The position numbers were made by a program, and so were the translations under genes. Of a stretch of 64,000 bases of DNA, positions 40,509 to 50,656 are shown piece after piece; within the stretch, counting starts at the first letter, position 1; each line of letters opens with the position of its first letter. Below the pieces are notes generated by a model, which was not told the origin of the DNA, did not search any database, and saw only the letters and a list, made by a program, of their open reading frames with translations. This DNA comes from an uncultured Christensenellales bacterium (lineage in GTDB: Bacteria > Bacillota > Clostridia > Christensenellales > Aristaeellaceae), in NCBI GenBank assembly GCA_965646445.1, contig CBFFZW010000005.1, positions 1 through 64,000 on the forward strand, written 5' to 3'.

Positions 40509-43500
40509 ATGCTGCGATGGAGAAAAGGGCTGACGGCGGCGCTTTTGTGCGTATGCGCACTGCTGGCGAAAAACGGTATGGCGGAGGAGCGGAATATGGT
40601 GATCGAGCGCTGTGACGAGCATTCACTGCAATGGACGTTATCCGAGGACGCTTCCTATCCGCTGGACTATTCCGACCGTGTGGCCGCGAATGTCACCCAT
40701 GTTGGTGAAAAGGTGCTGTATACCGGCCGGACTTCCGGCATCTGGGCGGTGGAGGAGAGCGCACTGACCGTCCGGCGCACCTATTCGCCGCTGGAAACCC
40801 AGGGGTTTTATCGCTGTGTTGCCCTGCGGCAGGATGGAATGAAGCATGTCGGGAAGTCGCTCAGGCTGGCCCTGGCGCCCCGGAGCGGCGGTATGATCGG
40901 CGTGTGCTTCGGCATGGATGAGGGCGGCGAGAGCGGCTGGGCCATTGTCCTGTCCGATGCCGAGGGCAAAGCGACGCTGATGAAGTACACAAGCGGCCTG
41001 CTGATCCCCTATCTGGATCAGAACGGGCTGCCGGTGGAAACGCCTTTTTGGGGAGCCGATGAAGATTCCTGTACCGACATGGAGGTTCAATGGAACGAGC
41101 AGGCGGATGGCCAATGGGAGATTGCTGTCCTGCTGGATGATATGGAGGAAATCAGGACGTCCGTGCCCGCGGGTCTGGGCGACGCGGCGGCGATTGTCGC
41201 CACGGCCAACGGCGGACGGGTCGCCATGCTTCAGGCGGACGGCGAGGCGCTTGAAATCGACGCACCCTGGCAGTGCTCGGCGGATGATGCCGTGGCGGTG
41301 GATTACGCCTTCAAGGGTACGCTGACCAGCGAGCCGTTCGTCATTGACAGCGCGTACCTGACCTTCCGCATCGGCGGCGCGGATTCCGAACGGCTTCAGT
41401 GCCAGCTGATCGAGGCAGAAACAGAGCGGGTGCTGATGGCGGTATCCGGCCCCGGAACGGAGGATACCAAGCGCGTTTTGTGGGATGTGACGCCCTATGC
41501 GGGCCAAAGGGTGCAGGTGCGCGTTGTGGATCGCCACGCCGGGGGCTATTTGACGCTGGATGACCTGCGTCAGACGAACGAAATGCCGGAGGATCTGCTG
41601 TTCAGCCTGCTGCACTTCCAGGTGGGCTACGCGGCGGCGAGCACCAAAAAGGCTTACATCCGCACGGTATGTGAGCAGCCCCTGACGGAAGCGGATTTCA
41701 CGCTGGTGGATGAGCGCGGCGAGACGGTTTACACGGGCAGGGCGGAGGCGATGCAGCCCTGCTGGGGCAGCCGCTGGTATGTGCTGGATTTCTCGGATTT
41801 TCAGCAGGAAGGCGTCTATCGTCTGTTGGTGGGCAAGGGAGAAGTGTGCAGCACGCAATTTACCATTGCGTCCCGCGCCCTGACCGATGGCTCGCTGATT
41901 GACGTTGCGCTGAATCAGCTTGACCTGCGCCGTGTGCCGGGCAAAATGGGCTGGCGGGACAGCTCCACCAATGAGCTGCGGGAGCTTCACGCCCAGGTGA
42001 TGGCGGTGCATACCATGCTGGATCTGCTGGAAAAGCAGGGGGACTGGCTTTCGGAGGTTCAGCGGGCCCGCTGTCTGGACAATATCGCCTGGGGACTGCA
42101 GTATGTGCTGTCCGCCCAGGAGCGCACGGATGATCCCTTGACGGATGGCCGCTTCATTCATGATCTGTACCCCTCCCAGTATACGGCGGAGCATCTGCGC
42201 AGCTGGTTTGACATGGTCTATGCCATGTCGGCCCTGGCTCGCTCCTATCCCGTGCTGCTGGAGGCGGACGCCGACCTGGCCGGGCAGGTGAAGGACGCCT
42301 TCGATGTGTCCTACGCGCTGTGTACGCGGCGGCCGTACTATCTGGAGGAGGAGCTGACCATCGAATCGCCGGCCGGTCGGGGGGCTTTCCAGAATAACGC
42401 CATCAAGGTCTATGGCATCAACGATCCGCTGTGGGAATTCGACCTTCAGCTGCGCACCCGCGACCGGCTGATGTACGCCTGGGCCTGCACTCTGATGTAT
42501 GAAGGAACCCGGGAAGAACGTTATCTCAATACGGCCAGGGAGATGGCCCGGCTGGTCTGCGAAAGCCAGTACACGGACGCTGACAACCCCATCGACGGCA
42601 CCTATGGTTTCTTCTATGAATTCAACGACGGCTCCAACGCCATGATGCTGGAATGGATTCAGAACAACAACCTGATGCTGGGCAACCAGACGCCCACCAC
42701 CATGGCGCCGCGCCGGAGGATGAGGACGCCGCGCTGTGGTACAACACGGTGCGCATCTATACGCGGAGCTTTGTCAAGGCATCGGCGGAGCTGACGCCGC
42801 TGGGCATTTACCCCATTGGCGTATACAAGCATCCCACCGCCGGGGGCGTCAAGTTCTTCCAGACCATCAATCATGGCGCCACATCCCACTACGGCAACGC
42901 CGCCTACAACATCATGCAGCTGGCGCTGTACTTTGACGACATCGAGCTTCAGCGGCTTGCGGAAAACAACGTGCAGTTCGTGGTGGGGCTCCATCCCGGC
43001 TTCCCCACGGACGCGACGCATACCGCCTGGCAGTCTCGGTCGCTGCTGTACCTGATCGGCAACCGCTCCTTCAGCGGTTACTACCATGGCGGCGCGTATC
43101 TGCCGCCCCTGGGCAGCGGCATCAACGGCTTTTCCGCCTCGGAGCAGTTTGTGGTCAAGGGCATTGCGCAGACGCCGGATCTGCCCCTGGGCATCATCGA
43201 CGAGAACGGCAAGTACCAGTTCAATGAGGATTACATTCCCCACGGCATGGGCTACGCCGCGGGCGTCGCGGCGGTGGAGGCCGATTGCGTCTGGCCGATC
43301 CGAACCACGGTGAACGGCAGCCCCGTCTCCGTGACCGGCTTTTATGAGGGCGATGTCTCCGGCACGGTAACGACCGACGCCGACGGCCGGGCGAGCCTCA
43401 GCGGCCTTCCCGCGGGCAGCAGGATCGTGCTGCGCTTTGATGTTGAGGGCGTGACCTTCGAGCGGGCGTATACTGCAGTCGCCGGTGTCGCGGAGCCGTG

Positions 43501-43798
43501 GAGCGTTGATTTTGCCAATTGCGCGGCGCTTTCCTGGGAAACGGAAGAATCGGCGGACGGCGCGGTGACGGGAAAGCTCGTCATCGCCAATGCCGGTACG
43601 CAGCTCATCGCCCCGGTGCTGACCCTGCTGTGCGACGGCGCTGAGCTGAGCTATGAGGCTTCGGCGATCAGCCTGGCGGCGGGCGAGAGCGTGGCGGTTC
43701 CCTTTGCCTTGACGCGAGGTGAACGGGCCAAGCCGTATCTCGTTTACGCCTGTGTCCAAACGGCATATTCAAGTCAGGTAAGCGTGCTTGGCGAGTGA
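40509..43798 (+). pseudogene. large secreted carbohydrate-active-like protein: signal peptide, beta-sandwich domains, Ig-like (CelD_N-like) domain, alpha/alpha-barrel-like region, C-terminal beta domains; frameshift ~42695-42715
   Basis: ORFs 40509-42794 and 42653-43798 join as ...NQTPTTMAP|PEDEDAALWYNT; Ig-like segment resembles GH9 N-terminal domain but GH9 catalytic motifs not identifiable. Confidence 0.5.
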
Positions 43799-43820
43799 AG
43801 CGCAGGATGGGAGGGATTGA

Positions 43821-44762
43821 ATGAGCTTGTCACATCAGACGCTGCTGACTCCGAAGCGGCGCCTTCTGCGGGAAATCTACCGCAGCCGCTATATCTACCT
43901 GATGGCCCTGCCGGGCGTGATCGCGATTTTCCTGTTCAGCTATATGCCCTTTTACGGCATCCTGATGGCCTTCAAGGACTTCAGCTACAAGAAAGGCATC
44001 ATGGGCAGCCCGTGGGTTGGGCTGGAGCATTTCTACACGGGCATGAGCGACCCGGAGTTCTGGACGGTCACGCGCAACACCCTGCTGATATCCGTGGGAC
44101 GCATCCTGATTGAGTTCCCGGTGCCGATCATCCTGGCCATCCTGATGAGCGAATTGACGGCGCATCGCTTCAAGCGCGTTGTGCAGTCCGTGCTGTACTT
44201 TCCGCATTCTATCTCGTGGGTTATCATCGGCTCCATGGTCTTCAGCCTGTTTTCGGTGAACAACGGCGTGGTGAACAACCTGCTGTTTCAACTGACGGGC
44301 CGCCGTATCAATTTCCTGGTGGACAGCACGTTCTTCATCGTGCTTTTGTTCACCACCTCCATCTGGAAGGGCGCGGGGTACAGCATGATCCTGTACCTGG
44401 CGGCCATCACCAACATCGACAGCGAGCTGTACGAGGCGGCCACCATCGACGGCTGCGGACGCGTCAAGCGCATGTGGCACATCACCCTGCCGGGCATCAA
44501 CGTGATGGTGGTGACCATGCTGATCCTGGCGGTGGGCGGCATCATGAACGTCGGCTTCGACCAGATCTTCAACCTGTACAACAGCATGGTCTACGATGTG
44601 GCGGACATCATTGACACTTACGTTTACCGCCTGGGCATGAACAAGCTGTATTACAGCGAGGCCACGGCGGTAGGACTGTTCAAATCGGTCATCAATTTCG
44701 CGCTGCTGATGAGCGTCAACGCCCTGTGCAAGCGCATCAACGGCACCGGAATTTACATGTAG
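43821..44762 (+). CDS. polysaccharide ABC transporter permease, LplB-like
   Basis: 313 aa, 6 TM, EAA motif (YEAATIDGCGRVKRMWHITLP). Confidence 0.85.
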   Translation: MSLSHQTLLTPKRRLLREIYRSRYIYLMALPGVIAIFLFSYMPFYGILMAFKDFSYKKGIMGSPWVGLEHFYTGMSDPEFWTVTRNTLLISVGRILIEFPVPIILAILMSELTAHRFKRVVQSVLYFPHSISWVIIGSMVFSLFSVNNGVVNNLLFQLTGRRINFLVDSTFFIVLLFTTSIWKGAGYSMILYLAAITNIDSELYEAATIDGCGRVKRMWHITLPGINVMVVTMLILAVGGIMNVGFDQIFNLYNSMVYDVADIIDTYVYRLGMNKLYYSEATAVGLFKSVINFALLMSVNALCKRINGTGIYM

Positions 44763-44773
44763 GGAGGTGCAAA

Positions 44774-45667
44774 ATGATGGTTCATATCAGGAAAAAGCAC
44801 AGGCTGACCGCCTTTGACGTGTGTCTGGTTCTGTTCTTCGGGCTGCTGGCCTTCGTGTGCATTTTTCCCTTCCGGAATATCCTGATGATCTCCCTGACGC
44901 CCAACAAATACTACCTGCAAAACGGCGTGGTGCTGTTTTCCAGCGAGTTTACCCTCATCAATTATCAGTACATCTTCACATCCTCCCAGGTGCTTCAGGC
45001 GCTGTGGACAAGCGTCCGCGTATCGGTGATGTTTGTGCTGTACAGCATGTTCCTGACGGTTCTGCTGGCCTACGCGCTGTCGGTGCCACAATTTCCCGGC
45101 AAGCGGCTGCTGATTACCTATGTGCTGTTTCCCATGTTTTTCGGCGGCGGCCTGGTGCCGTTTTACATTCAGGTGCGGGATCTGGGGCTGATCGAAAGTC
45201 TGTGGGCGCTGATTTTGCCCTACGGCATCAACACCTTTTACCTGATCGTCATCAAGAACAGCTTCACGGGCATTCCCAGCTCGCTGTACGAGGCGGCGCG
45301 GATTGACGGCGCCAACGACATCAGGATTTTCTGCAGCGTGGCGTTTCCGCTCTCCCTGGCCACCATCGCAACCTTCTCCCTGTTCATGATGGTGGACAAG
45401 TGGAATGACTGGTTCAGCGCGATGCTGTTCATCAACGATACCAATCAGTATCCGTTGGCGAAGCTGTTGCGGGATATTGTGTACAACGGAAAGAACATCG
45501 GCGAAATGTCGGTGATGCCCGGCCAGTCGGCGGAGCAGCTGTACGCGGGCACGGACGGGATCAAGATGGCCACGGTCGTCATCGCGATTGTGCCGATTGT
45601 GTGCGTGTATCCTTTCCAGCAGCGCTATTTTGTCCGAGGCGTGATGTCGGGCGCGATCAAGAGCTGA
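44774..45667 (+). CDS. carbohydrate ABC transporter permease, LplC-like
   Basis: RBS AGGGAGG, EAA motif (YEAARIDGANDIRIFCSVAFP). Confidence 0.85.
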   Translation: MMVHIRKKHRLTAFDVCLVLFFGLLAFVCIFPFRNILMISLTPNKYYLQNGVVLFSSEFTLINYQYIFTSSQVLQALWTSVRVSVMFVLYSMFLTVLLAYALSVPQFPGKRLLITYVLFPMFFGGGLVPFYIQVRDLGLIESLWALILPYGINTFYLIVIKNSFTGIPSSLYEAARIDGANDIRIFCSVAFPLSLATIATFSLFMMVDKWNDWFSAMLFINDTNQYPLAKLLRDIVYNGKNIGEMSVMPGQSAEQLYAGTDGIKMATVVIAIVPIVCVYPFQQRYFVRGVMSGAIKS

Positions 45668-45704
45668 TCGGCCAAGGGGGCCGGTTGAAATAAAGAGGAG
45701 GGTT

Positions 45705-47209
45705 TTGATGAAACGGTTGCTTGCACTATGCCTGGCGGTATGCCTTGTCCTGACGGGAAGCCTGACGGCGGCGCTGGCGGACGACGCGCGCTACACCATC
45801 TCCATCGCCTCGTGGGACGCGGGGGCCTGGGGAAACGACGCGCTGGCCACCTACCTGGAGGATCGGTTCAATATCGACCTGGAGTTCATTGGCCTGTCCA
45901 CGGTGGACTTCGCGGAGAAGATCAACATCATGGCCATTGGCGAGACGCTGCCGGATATTTTCATGTATACGGGGTACAGCGGCAATCAGGCCACGGTCAT
46001 CAAGTGGGCGGAGGACGAGGTGGTGAAGGCGCTCCCGGATGATCTGAGCGCCTATCCGAACCTGAAAGCCCTGATGGATCGTTATGACTTCATGAAGATC
46101 GACGGGAAGCATTACTTCATTCCGCGCACCACGTTCTCCAACCCGGACAACACCTACTATACGCCGGCCCTGTGGGTGCGCAGGGACTGGATGACGAACC
46201 TGGGCGTGACGGAGGCGCCGGATACGCTGGAAGGCTTCTATGACCTGATGTACCGCTTCACCTACGATGACCCGGACGGCAACGGCAAGCAGGATACCTT
46301 CGGCGTGACGCCCGGTATCGGCCTTGAATGGGTTTTCAGCGCCTTCGGCATTGATATCAACGGCTACATCCTGGAGGATGGCCAGTACATCCCGGGCATG
46401 CTGTCCAAACGGGTTCCCGAGGTCATCAGTTTCATTCAGCGCATGTACAGGGACGGTCTGATTGATCCCGACTTTGCCACCATTTCCCTGGCGGATTCGG
46501 AGAACAATTTTGCCGCCGGACGCTGCGGCGTTTGCTATCTGGTGGGCGAGGCAAGCCCCTTCCAGTATGTGACCCTGTCCAAGCTGGCGGCGGTGAAGTC
46601 TGACTTCAATGCCGAAACCGACCTGGATGTGCTGCCGCCGCCCCATGCGGAGGGCTGCGAGTACCTTGCCAGCAGAATTACAATTTCTTTACCGGCATGA
46701 TGTTCTCCGCGGACATGTCCGATGAAAAGTTGCTGCGCTGCCTGGAGCTGTACGATTTCCTCCTTTCGGAGGACGGCGTCGAGTTCGGCCGCTACGGTGT
46801 GGAGGGCATCTCCTTTGAGTGGGTTGACGGCCAGCGGCAGTCTCTGGTGACCAACGACTTCCTGCGTTCCCTGGCCGATGTGCAGCCGACCTATCAGATC
46901 GCGCGGATCGCCAGCTGGGATACGGACGGCGCGTGGGAGAACCCGGAGATCGGGCCTGTGTTTTCCGCCCTGGCCCAGAAGGTTCAGCGGCTGTACGGCC
47001 CCTGCATGAACGAGTGGAAGCCGGAAATCGACTTCAAGATTGTTCCGGCCAAGGAGAAGTATTCCGTGAAGGATTTCTTCTGGAGCAGCCTGAACAAGAT
47101 GGTTCTCAACGGTGTGGAGGATGTCGGGGCTGCCTGGGAGCCTGTCCGTCAGAACATGCTGACCAAGCGCGGGGCGCAGAAGCTGATCGACGAAATCAAC
47201 GCTCAGTAA
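45705..47209 (+). pseudogene. LplA-like extracellular solute-binding lipoprotein, frameshifted ~46655-46690
   Basis: Signal peptide MMKRLLALCLAVCLVLTGS; two ORFs (45705-46700, 46697-47209) reconstruct ~500 aa SBP. Confidence 0.75.
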
Positions 47210-47399
47210 GGTGTTAAGCTGTCCTGGATACAGCTTACAATGAAAGGAGGAAGATACCATGGTGAAACGTTTTCTGGTCTGTCTGATGGCGCTTGTTTTC
47301 TGCGTGGGCGGCGCTGCTTTCGCAGAGGAGGCCCCTTCGCATTTTGGAAGCGGAGAAGCAGCTCCCGCGGATGCCCCGCGGAAAAGTGAAAGCGGCTTT

Positions 47400-48100
47400 C
47401 CTCCGACTGCGATAGGGTGTCGCAGAGCAGCGCCACATCGGCTATGCCAAAGGACTGCTCCAGCATCAGCTGATACAGCTTGTCGGCGGTGGGGGCCGCT
47501 GACTGCATAAGCGACAGGGCGGCGGATGCTTTGGCGGGGTCTGGAAGCATATTGAAATAGGTGGTGTGGCGCATGAAAATAAAGGCACCGCACGCGGCTA
47601 ACTCAGCCTGCTGAAGGAGTGTTTCGGCAGGGGTTCGCGCCGTCCCGGCGGCGCTCAGGCCCACGGTGAAGCCGGACTGCTCAGCCTGCTGAATCAGCGT
47701 GTATTCCAGCTCAGGCGTATCGTCCAGCAGATAGTAGTCCATGCGACCATCCGACGTGATGAAGCGGCTGCGCGCCAGCAGACTGCCCTGCCGCCGCTGG
47801 GCTTCGCCCGTGGGCGCGGCCGCCACGCGCACAAGGTTTTTGATGGCGTCATGGGGAAGGTACTGCGCAATCGCGCGCCGGTTTCTCGGGCTTTGCGCGG
47901 CCAGATGCGCGCGCAGCCGCGAAACAAGCAAAGCGGCTTCATCAATGTCGATGGGCTTGAGCAGAAAATCAAATATCTTGAGCTTGATGGATTCCTTGGC
48001 CACGGAAAAGTCAGGATATGGCAGGAGTTCGACTTGGCGGGCCGGCGTGTGGGCGCGCCCGCGTTCATCGTCAATTACACGCAGAGCCCCAACGCGAACG
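47400..48100 (-). pseudogene. remnant resembling C-terminal end of a response-regulator receiver domain plus linker (YesN-like fragment)
   Basis: Minus-strand translation contains FSVAKESIKLKIFDFLLKPIDIDEAALL, typical of the end of a REC domain; no intact N-terminus or HTH. Confidence 0.2.
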
Positions 48101-48227
48101 TCAAAAGCACCTGGCGGGAGTGCCTGTCCGTGTGGAATCAGGCGTGGTTCCAATCCCTGCGCAGCGCGGCGGGGCTGTACCGCTGCGCGCGGCGCACGGG
48201 GGATCAGCGGCTGAGGGCCAAGGCGCT

Positions 48228-49344
48228 GATGACGAAGGAGCTGGCCCTGGCCATGCCCCATACCCGGCATATCGCCCGCGCGCCGGGGCTGTTTTACGGC
48301 ATTGTCGCCACGCCCATGAAGGAAACCGACGGACGCTCCGTTTCCCTGGGCTGGGAAAAGGCGTATTTCGGCAATTCCAACCGCAATCCTGTCACGGATC
48401 AGATCAGCGCCTCGCTCTTCCACCTAACCGACATGAGCCTGACCTGCCTGCAGATGCTGTCATGGTATGAGGAGCTGGAGCGGGACGAACGTTTGCTCCG
48501 GTACTGCGAGGCGTATGCCGGATCGCTGCTGTCCTATCAGGATGAGCGGGGCTTTTTCCCGGCCTGGGTGGACGCTGCGGGCGAGCCGCTGGAGCAGCTG
48601 GCCCATTCGCCGGAGAGCAGCGCCTCGGCGTGGTTCCTGTTCCGGCTCTGCCAGACGACCGGGGAGCGGCGGTTTTTCCGGGCGGCGAAGCGGGCGCTGG
48701 ACAGCGTGCTTGACGAGATTGTGCCGACAGGCCGCTGGGAGGACTTCGAGACGTACTATTCCTGTTGCCGCTATGGCTTGGAGCATCTGGGCAGGCGGTT
48801 TGAGCGCAACGGAATGTACAAGCAGTGCAACCTGTCCATGTACTGGACGGCCCAGGCATGCCTGGCGGCTTATGAGCTGACGGGCGAGGATGTCTGGCTG
48901 ACGCAGGGGCAGCGGGTGCTGGATGAAATGCTGATGACCCAGGCGGTCTGGAATCCGCCCTATATGCCGGCGGAGGTTTTCGGCGGCTTCGGGGTCATGA
49001 ACTGCGACGGGGAATGGCTGGACGCCCGGCAAAGCCTGTTCGCGGAGGTCATTGTGCAATACGGCGTCCTGCTTGGGCAGCCGGAGTACATCCAGCGGGG
49101 CATGGCGGCGCTGAAGGCGTCGTTCGCGATGATGTACTGCCCGGAGAACCCCGACATCAGCCGTGTGTGGGAGGAAAAATTCCCCTTCTTTGGCCCGGAG
49201 GATCATGGCTTCATGATGGAAAACCTGATGCACGACGGCTATCCGCGGCAGGCCATGGGCGAGTTCGCCATCTATGACTGGGGCGCCGGCGCGGCCAGCG
49301 AGGCGTATCAGCGCATGCTGGATCATTTTCCTGAGCTTTTCTGA
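48228..49344 (+). CDS. alpha/alpha-barrel-like protein, paralog of the barrel region of the 40509-43798 protein
   Basis: Local similarity to big protein (SMYWTAQACLAAYELTGED vs RLMYAWACTLMYEGTREE etc.); 5' boundary uncertain, upstream region 47259-48200 looks degraded. Confidence 0.4.
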
Positions 49345-49412
49345 TAACCATCCGCGCGAGAGGCGGGCAGTCCTGTGCAGGGATTGCCCGCTTTCGTGTC
49401 CGGGCGGCGGTA

Positions 49413-50519
49413 TCAGACGATTTCCATATCCTGCGGGGAGGGCAGGGGCGGGAAATCGGGGACGGGCAGCGTCTGATACCAGAACGCGGTGGTGGCAATG
49501 TCGTCCCGCAGGGGCTTGAAGCAGCCGTCGCCGCCCCAGCCCAGGGCCTGGACATCCACCTTGAGGCTGGAGCGGAAGTGGATGGGATCGACGATGTGCC
49601 AGCGGTACATGCCGAAGCGGGTCTGGGACTGATACAGCCCGTCGGGCCAGATGACCTGCGCCAGGCCCGCGTAGGGGGTGACGTAGGTTTCGTACTGATG
49701 CTCCTGCTCGTTCTCGAAATTGTAAGCGCCGCAGAAGTAGTCCTCCGTGCCCGTGCCGCAGATGGTCGGGTACTGATCGTCCTCATCAATGTAGAACTTG
49801 ACCTCGCCTTCGCCCCACCAGCCCACGTTGTTGGAGCCCCAGCACATGTAGGTGCCGACGTACTGGCCCCGTCCCTTTGTGGTCAGCAGCAGATGGGGCT
49901 GCATGAATTCGGTGGGGTTGCTGCGGCGGAACTGGGCGTGGAAGTACAGGATGTCCTGGGGAAGGGCGGTCAGCTCGTAATCGAACTGATAGAACAGGAC
50001 GGCGGGCATTTTCCAGCGATTTTCCACCGTCACCCGGCAATGCTTTAGGAAAGGCATCCGCCAGTAGCAGTTGAAGGCCTTGCCGGGATTGACGCACACG
50101 GCCTGGGATACCACCGGCGCGTAGCGGCCCCAGCCGCAGGCGAAGAAGTCCCCGGCGGGGCACTCGACGGAGGGCTTGTCGCTGCCGTCCCAGTAAAAAC
50201 GCAGGATCAGATCCCGCCAGCGGTTGACGCCGCGCAGCCAGGGGAGGACGTTGGGGGCGTCCGGCTGCGCGAAAGTCATCCAGATGTGGGTCAGAAAGCC
50301 CATGCCGTCGATGTCGCACAGGGTAGCGGTCGTTCCCGGCTCGATGGTGATGCAGGGCTGGGCCTTCCAGCCTACGCTTAACTTGCCGGCGCAGCCGTTG
50401 GGGTCGGGGACAGCACGTCCGCCGCCGCCCGGCTCGCCTGTGGGGTTTTCGGGGGTGATGGCGCGGGTGACGCTGTCGGTTGGCAGAAACAAGGCGTTGA
50501 GCTGGCTGCTTGCGTTCAT
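49413..50519 (-). CDS. DUF2961 / glycoside hydrolase family 172-like protein
   Basis: ICGTGTEDYFCGAYNFE motif and overall DUF2961 pattern. Confidence 0.75.
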   Translation of the reverse strand: MNASSQLNALFLPTDSVTRAITPENPTGEPGGGGRAVPDPNGCAGKLSVGWKAQPCITIEPGTTATLCDIDGMGFLTHIWMTFAQPDAPNVLPWLRGVNRWRDLILRFYWDGSDKPSVECPAGDFFACGWGRYAPVVSQAVCVNPGKAFNCYWRMPFLKHCRVTVENRWKMPAVLFYQFDYELTALPQDILYFHAQFRRSNPTEFMQPHLLLTTKGRGQYVGTYMCWGSNNVGWWGEGEVKFYIDEDDQYPTICGTGTEDYFCGAYNFENEQEHQYETYVTPYAGLAQVIWPDGLYQSQTRFGMYRWHIVDPIHFRSSLKVDVQALGWGGDGCFKPLRDDIATTAFWYQTLPVPDFPPLPSPQDMEIV

Positions 50520-50656
50520 CGTGGTTCCTCCTTCAGTGATCGCATGGATGGTCTGTCGCAGGGCCTGAATGGACGCTCTGCGGACATTTTTTCCATTATA
50601 GCATCATAAACGCCTGCCACCAATGGGTCAATTTCATAATCATTGTGTTTCCTTCG

